From contig OY761158.1 in assembly GCA_963664405.1 (NCBI GenBank), positions 5,984,001 through 6,048,000 of the forward strand: 64,000 nucleotides of DNA, in the 5' to 3' direction. The first letter of the stretch is position 1. Each line of letters starts with the position of its first letter. This stretch comes from Thermoanaerobaculia bacterium (GTDB lineage: Bacteria > Acidobacteriota > Thermoanaerobaculia > Multivoradales > Multivoraceae). Positions 1 through 11,388 of this stretch are shown piece by piece. The translations under genes were made by a program, and so were the position numbers. The notes under the pieces are model-generated. The model was not told the origin of the DNA. It searched no databases and saw only the letters and a program-made list of their open reading frames with translations.

Positions 1-572
1 GGCTGAGCCCATTCGGCTTCGAGACCACGCGCGATAAGCGCATCGAGCTCACGACCGAGGTCAATGCCGAGCGCCTCTTCGAACCCTTCGACATTCAGGA
101 GGGGATAGTGGTACCCCCTGGACGCTACGAATTCCATCGCTGGGAGCTCGACGGCCGCACCCGTTCGAGTGCCCCTCTCTCCGTGCGCGGGAAGGTGTCG
201 GTGGGCGAGTTCTTCGATGGCGACAGGCTGAGCACGAGCGCCTCGCTCGACGCCCGGGTCTCACGCTTCTTCGGTGCCCGCACCAGCTTCAACTACGACG
301 ACGTCGATCTTCCGGGAGGAGACTTCATTACTCGCCTCTTTAGCCAGCGTCTGGACTTCGCCTTCACCCCCGACCTCGTCGCCAACGCTTTCGCTCAGTT
401 CAACGAAGCGGCAGAGCTGGTGTCGATGAATCTGCGCTTCAACTGGATCTATCGGCCCGGGGCCGACCTCTTCGTGGTCTACAACGAGAACTGGAACGCT
501 CCGACCTTCAGCTCCCGCGACACCCTTGGGCGCACACTCACCGTCAAGTTCACGTATCTGTGGCAGAGCTAG
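1..572 (+). CDS. 3' part of a probable outer-membrane beta-barrel protein (DUF5916/CBM9-associated type), runs off window
   Basis: Alternating aromatic beta-strand pattern, C-terminus NLRFNWIYRPGADLFVVYNE...VKFTYLWQS; TAG 570-572 lies in the CTAG that starts the repeat. Confidence 0.55.
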   Translation, partial: LSPFGFETTRDKRIELTTEVNAERLFEPFDIQEGIVVPPGRYEFHRWELDGRTRSSAPLSVRGKVSVGEFFDGDRLSTSASLDARVSRFFGARTSFNYDDVDLPGGDFITRLFSQRLDFAFTPDLVANAFAQFNEAAELVSMNLRFNWIYRPGADLFVVYNENWNAPTFSSRDTLGRTLTVKFTYLWQS

Positions 573-689
573 CTTTCAGAAATGATGAATATCATTTCCG
601 AAAGCTAGTTTCTGTTTGGCGCCGAGGACGGCGCACTTAGGCGTTGCTTCTTATTCGCTCTGGGAAACGGCTCTGGCCGAATACTCGGA
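569..689 (+). repeat. Left part of modular CTAG-bounded repeat, interrupted by IS110
   Basis: Matches the intact copies at 56633-56764 and 60105-60364 up to GAATACTCGGA; the rest (CACGCTCCTAG) resumes at 42845. Confidence 0.9.
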
Positions 690-921
690 TGATGAAATGG
701 ACTCCCTGGCGACTTCGATCGGCATCTGTGTGCCGCGGGTCGCCCAAACCGAAACTCTAGTACTGGAAGGGAGCCCCATGAAGCATACCGTTATCGGTGT
801 CGACCTGGCCAAGGATGTGTTCGAGATCGCCGTGTCGCATGAGCCGGGAAAGGTGGCGGACCGGCATCGAGTCCGAAGAGCTGGCTTTTTGTCTTTCTTC
901 GCACAACGCAAGCCCACGACG
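690..921 (+). mobile_element. IS110-family (IS1111-type) copy 1, left segment with first 48 codons of transposase (ATG 778)
   Basis: Identical to 42931-43162; sub-terminal IR ATGGACTCCC 7 nt from the end; GVDLAK motif. Confidence 0.95.
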
Positions 922-1593
922 ATTGAGCTACCGGTGCCGTTTGGCCCCAAGGCCCGCCTAGTACAGATCCACCTCGATACCGAAGCCATACGAACCCAGT
1001 GCCCCGAAATCGAAGTTGAAGACAGCATGACAGCCTTCGCTTCAAGCATTCTGGGATACGAACCCAACGGTCGGGAGCTTCGCGCCCTGAAAACACAGCT
1101 TGGTTCCCTTTCAGCCGCCACCATTCGCATAGCCAACACCGGGGATAAGCCGTTCCAGATCCAAACACACATCGTCTCAGCTTTCGACATCTGGTTTCCG
1201 AAGGACGCGAACCAGCGTGTTCTATGGCCCTCCGTGATCAAGCTCAGCTCTGACTACTACCAAACACTGATTGACCACGCCGTACCGCTCGATCCTCGCG
1301 CCGTTGCTGCTCTTTCCCACAGCGCAATGGGTCTCAGCATCTATTCGTGGCTGGCGCAGCGCCTGTGCCGCGTCAACCACAAACGCTCCTCTTTCGTTGC
1401 ATGGGCCAACCTTTGGGAGCAGTTCGGCCCGAACTACAAGAAGATCTTTAAGTTCCGCCAGGTCTTCAACGTCGCCCTGAAACAAGTGCTCAGCCAGTAC
1501 CCGCACGCAGAAGTCACTGTCAACGCGCACCGGGGCCTCACCCTTCATCATTCGCGGCCACCGATCGAGCGCGTTGCCTTGGTCCGTCAATAA
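922..1593 (+). pseudogene. repA: Plasmid replication initiator RepA, C-terminal ~223 aa, fused in frame to the IS110 N-terminus
   Basis: PFGPKARL, LWPSVIKLS..YY..L..HAVPLD, S...L.IYSWLAQRL and W..L..QFG motifs of the plasmid-encoded RepA family. Confidence 0.85.
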
Positions 1594-1617
1594 GCCCTAA
1601 TGAACACAGGCTTTTTC

Positions 1618-1806
1618 CACGGGCACTTTGGTAGACCCCCTGTGGCCAAGCCTGTGAATACACGCTTTTTTCCACGGGCACTTTGGTAGATCGCGCACGG
1701 GCACTTTGGTATAAGTTCGCCCTTTGTTCACGGGCACTTTGGTAGACAAACCTTTATCTAATCCCTATAGCTCTTTCCTGTAGTAGCCTCCCCCCCCTGT
1801 GGATAA
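1618..1806 (+). promoter_or_regulatory. Plasmid oriV: four 16-bp iterons plus a DnaA box
   Basis: CACGGGCACTTTGGTA at 1618, 1673, 1696 and 1729; TGTGGATAA (perfect DnaA box on minus strand) at 1798-1806; directly downstream of repA. Confidence 0.85.
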
Positions 1807-2374
1807 TTCCCACTCCAACCACCCAAACGAACCTACCCTTCCGCTCGCAAGCTCGCTGCGCCCCACACCCGAGGCGTGGCCTTTCAATGGAGGACGGCAC
1901 AGAATCCGTTGACTTTTCTTCCTGAACCTTATCGCCGCTATTCGCGACGAACGCTTCCATTGCTCGGCAGAGGGGTTGCTGAACGGCAAGATTACAGAAG
2001 AAGAAACCCGAAGCCACGTAAGGCCGGAAAGACGCAAGATCTGTGCCAAGGTCCAACCTAAACGACAATCGGAAAGATCAAACCCACGACCACCGGAGAA
2101 GTGGGGGAGCCGGAGAAGACGAGTTTCTCCTTGTTCCGGTTCCGCCACCGTGTCACCAATAGATCATGACCGACCAGATCACCATTACCTTCCGGTCCTT
2201 GAAGAAGCGCGAGAAGAAGGATTTTTCGATCCGTGCCGGTCCCTCCAGAAGTATCTGGACGGCCTCGACATGCTCCACGGCATCAGGGAAGCCCAGAAGA
2301 AGCGCAACCAGCAGGAGGAGCAGCCCCCGCTATGAAACTGGTCACGCTCGACAGCAGCACGCCGGATCAAAGAC

Positions 2375-2583
2375 GTGATGCTCGCCGCCGATCTTCCACC
2401 AGGACCACACCGCACCGCCAAGGGCTTGCGGCACGGCTACGGCATTGCAGCGATCAGCAAAGGTGTACCCCTGAACAATACTGCAGGAGTGCCTTGGACA
2501 CGCCAACATAGAAACCACAGCTATCTACGCCAACACAACGGGAAAAGGAGCGATACGCGATCGTCGCCCGAATGTGGGAATGA
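2375..2583 (+). pseudogene. Tyrosine recombinase C-terminal remnant
   Basis: PHRTAKGLRHGYGIAAISKGVPLN followed out of frame by LGHANIETTAIYA. Confidence 0.65.
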
Positions 2584-2806
2584 TCCGGTCCTACCGTCCC
2601 AACGCTCTCTTGGCCACGGCAACCACTTCCTCACAATCGGCAGGCAGAGCAACCCGCACCCCGTAGACCTGTTTGCCGCTTGTATCCTCCAGCTCCACAA
2701 TACACAGAGCCTTCTTCGGCCCCGACACGATCAAGCATGATCCTCAGATCGGCAAACACTGCGGCGAAAGCGTCCCCTACGTCCATAGCATCCTGATCCA
2801 CCGCAC

Positions 2807-3144
2807 CTACCCCTTGTCGATCAGAAAATCTTCGCGCTTCTTACCCGCCGCCTCCTGATCCACCAGCCAGCGCGGGGATTTTCCCCGACCAGACCAGGTT
2901 TCCTCCGCATTCGCCGGGTTGCGATATTTAGCAGCCACAGTTTTACGCGAACTTGGGTGCTTCGCAGGCGAGCCAAACAGATCAGCGAGCGTATAACCAT
3001 ACTTCGCCGCTACAGTCCTAAGCTATTTTCTTCGCGTTCTTCCTGTTCTCGTTCTCTACCGCCTTCTTTTGTTTGTCGATGTCCTTTTTCAGATCATCGA
3101 GTTCGGTGTAACTCAGGGAAGAAGTAAATATCCGGCTTGGCCAT
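2807..3144 (-). pseudogene. hns: H-NS family DNA-binding protein, frameshifted
   Basis: Manual translation gives ...VAAKYRNPANAEETWSGRGKSPRWL..., the H-NS core motif; two frameshifts in the N-terminal half. Confidence 0.8.
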
Positions 3145-3743
3145 TTTCGCTACCTCCGCTCAAGTGAAACGAGAAAATCTCGCGTACCGCGCGATCCTAA
3201 CACCTTCTTTTCCCCGGATTTCAAGCCCGACACGGACGGCCTACCCGGACGCGGAAGTGCAGCCCAGCACACCGCGCGAAATCCGCGCTCACCTTGTACG
3301 CCTGAAAAACACCAATCACCACCCCCCAAGGTCCAAAAATCGCCGCGATGAAAGCCCCCCTCCAGAACTCTCCAAACGGGATCTACCGAGCCAGGAAGAC
3401 GAGTAGCGGAAGAGCTCACCTGCGCTCCCCCTTATATGCAAAGAACTGAACAACTCCCAACCGAACAACTCTCTCGGGGTCTCTTGTTCGGAAAACGCGC
3501 CGTTCAGGATGCGTCGAGAATCATCGGTCAGTGCAAGGAAAGTTGAGCGTCGCTGACCGGTCCGGGCTTGTCTCGGGTGAAGTCTCACGGTTATGGGCGC
3601 GTAGAGACGCGACACAATTATGAACATTCCGAATGCAGCGAAGACGGTGCCCGGCCCCAATCGTCTCAGCACGATTTTCGCGTTGTTCCACTCTGCTTCC
3701 ATCGTGCCTCCATCCTCGGGAAAGATCCCCCGCAATAAGAAGG

Positions 3744-5107
3744 GGATCCGTCCCGAATGCTGTGGAAATTGAGAATGGCGTAACCTCCTAGTGGTCAAAC
3801 ACATCGCCGGTTAGGGCGAACGGAGGATTACGCCATGGTGGAGAATATCAACGAGGAAGGGGAAGCTGCACGCTTCCGTCAGGACATTCGTTCGTTGTTA
3901 CGCGAGCGTGTTCGTGCGGCGATCGAGATCACACTCGAGGAAGAGCTGTCCGAGGCGCTGGGCTGCAGCGCCTACGAGCGTTCAGGCGAGCGTGCGGGCT
4001 ATCGCAACGGCAAGCAGCGTCGTCTGATCACGACGGCGTGTGGGTCGAAGGAACTGGACATTCCACGAGGACGGCTAGTCGGCGAGGATGGGGCCAGCGT
4101 AGAGTTTCGCAGTGCGATCGTGCCGCGTTACGCTCGTCGTACGCAGGAGGTCGATGACGCGATCCTGGGTGCGTATCTGGCTGGCGCTAACAGCCGCCGG
4201 ATCAAGAAGGCATTGGCTCCGCTGCTGGGTGAGGAGCACCTGTCCAAGAGCGCAGTTTCGCGTGTGGTGTCTCGGCTGAAGGAGCTTTTTGCTCGCTGGA
4301 GTGAGCGCGATCTGTCGGAGGAGTCCTACGTGCTTCTGTTTCTCGATGGCTTTCACCTGAAGGTCCGCTTGGCCCGTCGAGTGGTCTCGGTACCGGTGCT
4401 GGTGGTGCTGGGTGTGACTCCGGACGGCACCAAGGTGCTGGTGGCCTTACGTTTAGCCGCGAGCGAGGCCGCCGAGCACTGGAAGTGGCTGATCGAGGAT
4501 CTGAAGGCCCGAGGTCTTCAGGCTCCGCGCTACCTGGTCACGGATGGCCACAAAGGGCTGGCCGCGGCGCTGAAGGCTTGGCCTGAGGTCAAAGTCCAGC
4601 GCTGCGTCCAACACAAGTGGGAGAATCTGAAGAAACACTGCCCGGTGCACGCACACGACGAGCTGCGGCGTGACTGGCACTCGATCGTACGAGCCGAGGA
4701 CGCGGCACAGGCCCGCAAGGCCTACGCGGCGTTCGTCACCAAGTGGTCGCGACTAGTCCCGGCGGTGGCTCGCAGCCTTGAGGAGGCAGGGTTCCAGCTA
4801 CTGACCTTCTACGAGCTCCCCAAATCGCTGTGGAGTTCGGTGCGCACGACCAACGCTCTGGAGAACCTGAACCGCGAGTTTCGTCGCCGCACTAAAACCC
4901 AGGGCTCCTTTGCCACCGAGGCTGCCGGCGTCACGCTCCTCTGGGGGCTCGTCGCCTTCGGGCAGATACACCTGCGAAGGATTAACGGCTACCGGGCGCT
5001 TCAGCTCCTGCTCGAGGTTGAGAGGGCCGCGTAAACGGTAGGATTTAGCAAAAGACGACTCGGAGGACTACGCCTGAACCCATTTCCACAAAAAACGGGA
5101 CACATCC
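3744..5107 (+). mobile_element. IS256-family element, copy 1 (1364 bp)
   Basis: Ends GGATCCGTCCCG / CGGGACACATCC; 8-bp TSD TAAGAAGG (3736-3743, 5108-5115); same element as 40187-41550. Confidence 0.95.
3835..5034 (+). CDS. IS256-family transposase (399 aa)
   Basis: YRNG, LFLDG, VTDGHKGL, QRCVQHK and RTTNALENLNREFRRR motifs. Confidence 0.95.
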   Translation: MVENINEEGEAARFRQDIRSLLRERVRAAIEITLEEELSEALGCSAYERSGERAGYRNGKQRRLITTACGSKELDIPRGRLVGEDGASVEFRSAIVPRYARRTQEVDDAILGAYLAGANSRRIKKALAPLLGEEHLSKSAVSRVVSRLKELFARWSERDLSEESYVLLFLDGFHLKVRLARRVVSVPVLVVLGVTPDGTKVLVALRLAASEAAEHWKWLIEDLKARGLQAPRYLVTDGHKGLAAALKAWPEVKVQRCVQHKWENLKKHCPVHAHDELRRDWHSIVRAEDAAQARKAYAAFVTKWSRLVPAVARSLEEAGFQLLTFYELPKSLWSSVRTTNALENLNREFRRRTKTQGSFATEAAGVTLLWGLVAFGQIHLRRINGYRALQLLLEVERAA

Positions 5108-5465
5108 TAAGAAGGCGGTAGCCCATGAAGCCGAAGCTCAGGCCAACGGCGAGGACAGCGAGGACAGCTACTCTTTCGAGCACGATGATGGCAAGGTCTG
5201 ACATTCCCCCTACGCTGCCGCCTTGAGCACTCGGCGCACGTACTCGAACCGCCACGGTGAGCCGTTGCGGGTGGTGAAGCCCTGCTGGTTGAGCTCGGCG
5301 GCGATGGTGCGCCGGGCGTGACCTTGGCCTCGGAGCAGAGGCGGCGGGGGATCCGCCGCCGATCCAGGCCGATCCCTTCAAAAAAAATTGGGCCTTGTTA
5401 ACAAATCCGGATAAGTATATTAGTGTGACTCGCAGGTTTTGTTAAAAGAACATTAGGAGAGCATC

Positions 5466-8450
5466 ATGCGGAAAATCGTCACCATGGGCATTGTGTTGCT
5501 ATTGAGCGTGTCGGCCAGTGTATTGGCCCAGGAAAACTCCACCTTGAGCGGGGTCGTGATCGACACCACCGGGGCCTTCATCCCCGGCGCCGAAGTCACG
5601 GCGGTCCAGGACGCCACCGGGATGGCCACAACACGGGTAACGGATGGAATCGGCAGGTACGAGTTCGCCCTGCAACCCGGGCTCTACACCCTCACAGCGG
5701 TGACGCCCGGTTTTCAAGCGGACATCCGCAACAATGTTGAATTGATGCCAGGCCAACCGGTCCAGATGAATTTCACCCTTGAGATCAGCGCGGTCGACAT
5801 GACTCTCGTCGTCGTCGGCAGCCGCGCGAAGCCGCGATCGGTCACCAAGTCGGCCGTGCCGGTCGATGTCATCCGGGCTGAGGACTTCACCCGCCAGGGC
5901 AGTACCGACCTGGCAAATCAGTTGCGGGCCGTCGTTCCCTCCTTCAGCGTGAGCATTCAGCCGATCAGCGACGCGGCGACCATCGTCCGGCCGGCGAACC
6001 TGCGCAACCTGGCGCCCGATCACACGCTGATCCTGGTCAACGGCAAGCGCCGTCACCGCGCGGCGGTCATCACTTGGCTCGGCAACGGTATCGCGGACGG
6101 CTCGCAGGGACCGGACCTCTCCGTCATTCCCTCGATTGCAATCCGGCAGGCCGAGGTGCTGCGCGACGGGGCGGCGGCGCAGTACGGCTCGGACGCCATC
6201 GCCGGCGTCATAAACTTCCAGCTCAAGGATTCCCGATCGGGCGGCAGCCTGGAGTTCCGCACGGGAGCCTACCGCAATGCGAACCCGGGCAGCCCGTCAA
6301 CGTGCGGGGCGGGCATCAGCGGTGACATCCAGCATTCCTGCAACGGGATCGGCGGACATGGGCAGGCGTTCACCTTCGCCGGGAATGTTGGGCTGCCGCT
6401 CGGCTCGGCTGGGTTCGTGAACCTCAGCATGGAGGCCGGCAGCGCCAACCCGACCAATCGCAGCATTCAGCGTGAGGATGCGCAGGCCATCATCATGGCT
6501 GGCAATACGAACCTGCGCAACCCGGCGCAGATCTGGGGAGCGCCCAAACTCGACGGCGACCTGAAGCTCTTCGGCAACTTCGGCTATCCGTTCGAGAACG
6601 GATTGCAGGTCTACGCCCACACCAACTTCGCGAAACGCACAGTAACCGGCGGCTTCTACTTCCGGAATCCGCATACCCGCGGCGGGGTCTTCCGGGGCAA
6701 CAGACTCCACCCCATCTCTCGCCTCAACGTATACGACAAAGACGGCAAGTTCACGAACTTCCCCGACCCCAAAGACCGTGACGCCATCGTATACGATGCA
6801 AACGGCCAAGTTGCACACCTCCCGGGGCAGGCCGGCATCCCGTCGCTCCTCGTGGGCGACCGGGTCTGGGCTGAGACCGACGTTCAGGAAGCTGGCGGCT
6901 GCGCCACGATTCCGGTCATCAACCACGTCCCCGATGCAGCCGCCCTGCAGCAGGTCGCGGCCGACCCGAACTGCTTCACACTCTACAGCCGGTTCCCCGG
7001 CGGTTTCACGCCGCAATTCGGCGGCGACCTCATCGATTATTCGGTGGTCAGCGGACTGCGCGGGTTCATGAGCAACGGCCTCATCTGGGACGCCAGCATC
7101 AACTTCGGCACCAGCAAGGTCGATCAGTTCATCTTCGATACGGTCAACGCGTCGGTCGGCTACGACACACCGACGTCGTTCGATCCCGGCATCTACCAGC
7201 AGGACGAACTCAACCTCAACTTCGACGTCTCCTACCAGGTCAACGATATCCTGCACGCCGCGGGGGGCACCGAGTGGCGCCAGGAAGAATTCACGATCGG
7301 CGCGGGCGGTCAACCGTCGTGGGAGATCGGGCCCTATGCCGCACAGGGCTTCAGTTCCGGTTCGAACGGCTTCAACGGCTACCGGGCCGACACGACGGCG
7401 GGCAGTTGGAGCCGCAGCAACGTTGCGGCCTACGGCGACCTCGAGTTCAGCGCCCCGGATGGCCAGTGGACGCTCGGCACGGCTCTCCGGCTCGAGAGAT
7501 TCAGTGACTTCGGCCTGACGACGAACGGCAAGGTCTCGGCGCGCGTCGAGTTGACCGACACGCTCGCGCTGCGCGGCGCAGTGAGCAGCGGGTTCCGCGC
7601 GCCGACCCCGGGACAGCAGAACGCGTTCAACGTGACGACCGCGTTCGTCGGCGGGCAGTTGGTCAACCAGGGCGTCGTCCCGTCCACATCCGCGGTGGCC
7701 GTCGCGAGAGGCGGCGAGGCGCTCCAGCCGGAAAAATCAATCAACTACAGCGGGGGAGCGGTCATCGAGCGGGGCCCGTTCACTTTCACCGTCGACTACT
7801 TCCGAATCGACATCGCCGATCGTGTCGCCCTGGCGCAGGAAATCAAACTGACGGAGCCAGAGATTCTGACGCTGCTCGCGGAAGGAATCCCCGAGGCGCG
7901 GAATTTTCCGGTGTTCCGGTTCTTCCTGAACGACTTCTCGACCACTACCCAGGGCATCGACCTGATTTCGACCCTGGTGGTCGGGCGCACAACATTCAGC
8001 GGGGTCTTCAACTACACGGACACGGCGCTCAAGAACGTCGAATCCTCCGTGATCGATGAATTCCGCATCAATACACTGGAACGGGGACTGCCGACGACCC
8101 GCTGGAACTTCACCGTCAACCATGACGCCGACCGGTGGAGCCTGATGGGCCGGGTAAACTACTACGGCTCATACTGGGACAGCGAGGATGGACGGAATGC
8201 GAAAGATGTGGGCTTCGCGACCGAGTCCTGGCTGTATCCGGCCTACGGCGGCAAGGCGCTGCTCGACGTCGAGCTCGGCATTCCATTCGGAGAGAATATC
8301 ACGCTGGCGGTCGGTGCTGAAAACCTGCTCAACACGTACCCCGACGTGAACATGTTCGGCGCCAATACGGTCGGCAATCAGTACGGCCAGTTCTCGCCGT
8401 TCGGCTTCAATGGCGCCTACTACTACACCCGTCTCGGCTATTCCTTCTGA
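5466..8450 (+). CDS. TonB-dependent receptor with N-terminal carboxypeptidase-regulatory-like domain
   Basis: Signal peptide, plug motifs LILVNGKRRH and EVLRDGAAAQYGSDAIAGVIN, C-terminal F; RBS AGGAG. Confidence 0.92.
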   Translation: MRKIVTMGIVLLLSVSASVLAQENSTLSGVVIDTTGAFIPGAEVTAVQDATGMATTRVTDGIGRYEFALQPGLYTLTAVTPGFQADIRNNVELMPGQPVQMNFTLEISAVDMTLVVVGSRAKPRSVTKSAVPVDVIRAEDFTRQGSTDLANQLRAVVPSFSVSIQPISDAATIVRPANLRNLAPDHTLILVNGKRRHRAAVITWLGNGIADGSQGPDLSVIPSIAIRQAEVLRDGAAAQYGSDAIAGVINFQLKDSRSGGSLEFRTGAYRNANPGSPSTCGAGISGDIQHSCNGIGGHGQAFTFAGNVGLPLGSAGFVNLSMEAGSANPTNRSIQREDAQAIIMAGNTNLRNPAQIWGAPKLDGDLKLFGNFGYPFENGLQVYAHTNFAKRTVTGGFYFRNPHTRGGVFRGNRLHPISRLNVYDKDGKFTNFPDPKDRDAIVYDANGQVAHLPGQAGIPSLLVGDRVWAETDVQEAGGCATIPVINHVPDAAALQQVAADPNCFTLYSRFPGGFTPQFGGDLIDYSVVSGLRGFMSNGLIWDASINFGTSKVDQFIFDTVNASVGYDTPTSFDPGIYQQDELNLNFDVSYQVNDILHAAGGTEWRQEEFTIGAGGQPSWEIGPYAAQGFSSGSNGFNGYRADTTAGSWSRSNVAAYGDLEFSAPDGQWTLGTALRLERFSDFGLTTNGKVSARVELTDTLALRGAVSSGFRAPTPGQQNAFNVTTAFVGGQLVNQGVVPSTSAVAVARGGEALQPEKSINYSGGAVIERGPFTFTVDYFRIDIADRVALAQEIKLTEPEILTLLAEGIPEARNFPVFRFFLNDFSTTTQGIDLISTLVVGRTTFSGVFNYTDTALKNVESSVIDEFRINTLERGLPTTRWNFTVNHDADRWSLMGRVNYYGSYWDSEDGRNAKDVGFATESWLYPAYGGKALLDVELGIPFGENITLAVGAENLLNTYPDVNMFGANTVGNQYGQFSPFGFNGAYYYTRLGYSF

Positions 8451-9425
8451 GCGGAGGATTGCCTGAAGATATGTTGGGGATTATGGCATTGTCACGTTAA
8501 GGAGAAGGATCTCGCAGAGTCCCGCGAGGCAGGAGGTTCGTCGTCGCGCGGATCTACCCGAGCGGGATTCTGCTAGACCTGGCTTGAGCGGAGGCCGCCA
8601 GGCAGGCGTTCGTGTATGGGGATCTCAGCGTCGTAGGCAGGCTGTGCTGCGCGCGATGGGCCACAGTGAGGGGATGGTGCGGCGTTTTTTCGGTGCCCAT
8701 AGTCTACGGCCCGGCGCCAGCTTCTGGTTTCGACAGCGGCAGTCGCCGACATCAAGTTCACCCGGCTCTCTGAGAACCGCTTCATTGTCAACCATCGCAA
8801 GCAGTCAATGCTCGGCGCCGAGGCTAAGGCGATGAAGACCCTGTACAGCGAGGGTTGCATCCATCTGCATCGCTGCTGGCTACTCGCACTTCGAACTTGT
8901 GACCCAAGACGTGCAAGAGCGCAGCCATGGCGGCCTGTGGGGTGGTGGCCGCGGTGCCTCTGGCACCGTTGATGTAAAGATGCGCAACGAGGCAGGCGAG
9001 GACCACATCGAGTGTGCCCCGCTGGCCGACCCAAAGAAGGTAGGGGTGGCCAAGAAGAAGCTGGCGAACGGCGAGTTGGGGTGATCGCAGCCGTGACCGG
9101 AGTGGCAGGGGGCGCGCCGCGAACTGAGGATTGGGCGCCGGGATAGTGCAGTGTCGCCTTGCGTATCGCTTTGGCCGCCGCCGCCGGCACGACGATCCAA
9201 CCGCGCTTGCCGTCCCGGTCCACGGCCTCTGTGTCCAGAATCACGACGCTCGCCGCGTCCGCCGACTTGTGCCAGGCGAGGGTTAGCCTGATACCCTGGT
9301 TACGCCTCACCGGCCTGGTTACGGGTGTTGCGCCTCACCGGGGGTGGTTGCAGGTTGCCCGAGCCCCTATCTGTCCGCGCGAATCGTCGCTTTGACCGGG
9401 CAGGGGTTCCCACGGCCAGCGAGCA

Positions 9426-9459
9426 TATCTTGATTGATAATTACCTTTATGCTTCATAC
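9426..9459 (+). other. lox-like recombination site L (hybrid; right arm overlaps the integrase ATG)
   Basis: TATCTTGATTGAT + spacer AATTACCT; 21 bp are the exact reverse complement of 13096-13116. Confidence 0.65.
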
Positions 9460-10414
9460 AACACCGACCGAACCCGCCGCCCTCGCCCGACGCCCCGACA
9501 CGGTGGGGCCGCTGGCCGGCGCCACGCCGACCACGCGCCGGCTCGCCGACGCCTCTATCAGCCTCAACACCCGACGGGCCTACCTCGGCGCGCTGCGGCG
9601 CTTGGACGCATGGCGCGGGGCCGCCCCGGTTGACGACGCCTCGCTGGCCGTCTACCTCGGCGAGCTCTTCGAGGCGGGCCGCGCGCCCGCCACCGCCGCC
9701 CTTGCCGTCGCCGCCGTCCGGTTTCGGGCCAAGCTCGCCGGCCAGCCGGACCCCGCCGGGGAAGCGACCGCCCGCGTGTTGGGCGGCTACCGTCGCACGG
9801 CCGCCGACCGGGGCCGGGGCCAGGCCGCCCCGCTGAGCGCGGACGGGCTCGCCGCGATTCTCGCCACCGCCGAACGTCCCCGCACCGACGGCCGGGGCGT
9901 CGAATCCCACACCACGGCGCAACGCCGGGGCCGACTCGACGCCGTGATCGCCTCGCTGTTGTTCATGGGCGGGTTGCGCCGCTCAGAAGTGAGCGCGCTT
10001 GAATGGCGTGACGTGTCGGACGCCCGCGACGGCGACGGCGTGCTTATCACCGTGCGGACCTCGAAAACGAATCAAGAGGGGGACGCCGCCGACGTGCGGT
10101 ATCTCAAAAACGGCGCGGCGAAAGCGATCCGCACCCTTCGCGCCGCCGCCGCCGCCGCCGCACCCACGGATCGGGTGATCGGGTTGTCCCCGCTACAGAT
10201 TCAGAGAAGGTTCACCGCCGCCGCCCGCGCCGCCGGCATCGAGGCGCGCTTGACGGCGCACAGTGGCCGGGTCGGGCTCGCGTCCGAACTGACGGCGCGC
10301 GGCGCGTCGACAACCGAAGTCATGCTGGCCGGCAACTGGAAAACCGCCCGCATGGTCGCTCACTACTCGGCCGGCGCGACCGCCGAACGCGGGGCCGTCC
10401 GAAAGTATCTGTAG
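9449..10414 (+). CDS. Cre-like tyrosine recombinase
   Basis: GLRRSEV, TVRTSKTNQ, AHSGRVG and GNWKTARMVAHY catalytic set with W in place of the second H, as in Cre. Confidence 0.88.
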   Translation: MLHTTPTEPAALARRPDTVGPLAGATPTTRRLADASISLNTRRAYLGALRRLDAWRGAAPVDDASLAVYLGELFEAGRAPATAALAVAAVRFRAKLAGQPDPAGEATARVLGGYRRTAADRGRGQAAPLSADGLAAILATAERPRTDGRGVESHTTAQRRGRLDAVIASLLFMGGLRRSEVSALEWRDVSDARDGDGVLITVRTSKTNQEGDAADVRYLKNGAAKAIRTLRAAAAAAAPTDRVIGLSPLQIQRRFTAAARAAGIEARLTAHSGRVGLASELTARGASTTEVMLAGNWKTARMVAHYSAGATAERGAVRKYL

Positions 10415-10427
10415 GGAGGGAGTCACG

Positions 10428-10673
10428 ATGTTCGACACGCACACCATCGCCCGCACGTTGACCGACGCGGGTATCGACCCGAAGCACGCCGACGCCATCA
10501 CCGACGCCGTGCGCCAAGCCGCCGAGCATAGCGAACACGTTACGCCAGAGCACCTTGATGCGGCCCTGGCCGCCATTGAAGCTCGCCTGACGTGGCGCTT
10601 CGCTGGCGCGATACTGGCGCAGACCATCGCCATGCTCGGTGGGATGGTCGCCATCCTGCGGTTGCTCGGCTGA
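10428..10673 (+). CDS. Small DUF1640/CCDC90-like protein with C-terminal TM helix
   Basis: MFDTH...L..AG.....A.AI..A start motif; strong RBS GGAGG. Confidence 0.65.
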   Translation: MFDTHTIARTLTDAGIDPKHADAITDAVRQAAEHSEHVTPEHLDAALAAIEARLTWRFAGAILAQTIAMLGGMVAILRLLG

Positions 10674-10734
10674 TCCTTGCAGGTCCGGACGGTGTGGTCG
10701 AAGTCAGGTGGCCACGCTCGACTAGACTCTCGCC

Positions 10735-10941
10735 ATGAACATTTCTCAGTTGCCCAAGAATGACCGCGTGACGCTCGTCAAGAAGGACGGGCAACGGTTC
10801 GAGGATCTGTCCGCGTCAGTTCAAACCGGTCTGATATTGACGTACAACCAGGAAATCCCGATTGAGGATGGCGACCAGTTTGAGCGACAACTGCCGAGCG
10901 GGATTGTTGACGTTTACACCGTGGTGGACTCTTGCGAATGA
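10735..10941 (+). pseudogene. Truncated hypothetical protein
   Basis: Protein-like 66 aa ending abruptly. Confidence 0.35.
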
Positions 10942-11052
10942 AACAGGAGAACCTCATAAAGTTTCAGGTTTCTGGACTGGCACTGGCGATGGCGATGGAG
11001 TGTGGGTGAGAATCGGGATCGATGGCAAGGTGTTGACCCTCCGGGCAGGCGG

Positions 11053-11317
11053 CACGGCTTGCCACTACTCGAGGCGATGGCGTGCGGTGTGCCGGTCATC
11101 ACGTCGAACACGTCGTCCATGCCCGAAGTGGTGGGTGGTGCCGCAATACTCGTCGATCCGCACGACGTCGATGAGATGGCTGCCGCGATCACCAGGGTGT
11201 TGTCCGACGAGGCGCTGCGCGACCGCCATGCGAGGCGAGGGCATCGCCCGCGCTGGACAGTTCTCGTGGAAAACGGCAGCGCGTCAGACGTTGAACGCGT
11301 ACGCGTCTCTCGGCTAG
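11053..11317 (+). pseudogene. GT4 glycosyltransferase C-terminal fragment
   Basis: GLPLLEAMACGVPVITSNTSSMPEVVG...FSWKTAA across a frameshift; no N-terminal part. Confidence 0.8.
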
Positions 11318-11388
11318 CGGTGATAGTTGCGTCGTATCGGGAACATCTGAATTTGTGACGGCTGGAACTCTAGGGACGGCACCGACAG

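Larger units (their letters stand above)
3316..5204 (-). pseudogene. Hypothetical membrane protein interrupted by IS256
   Basis: MSDLAIIV...FMGYRLL before the IS and RGIFPEDGG...GPGTVFAAFG after it; 3' limit uncertain. Confidence 0.5.

Noticed and set aside
920-921. CG dinucleotide as a shared recombination core at the plasmid junctions
   Set aside because: It would require a 1-nt loss in the IS and would put a stop codon in the restored repA; the blunt join fits both genes
616-1593. 325-aa ORF as a novel IS110-RepA fusion protein family
   Set aside because: It is a junction product of repeat DNA, an IS110 start and half a repA; there is no evidence of an evolved fusion
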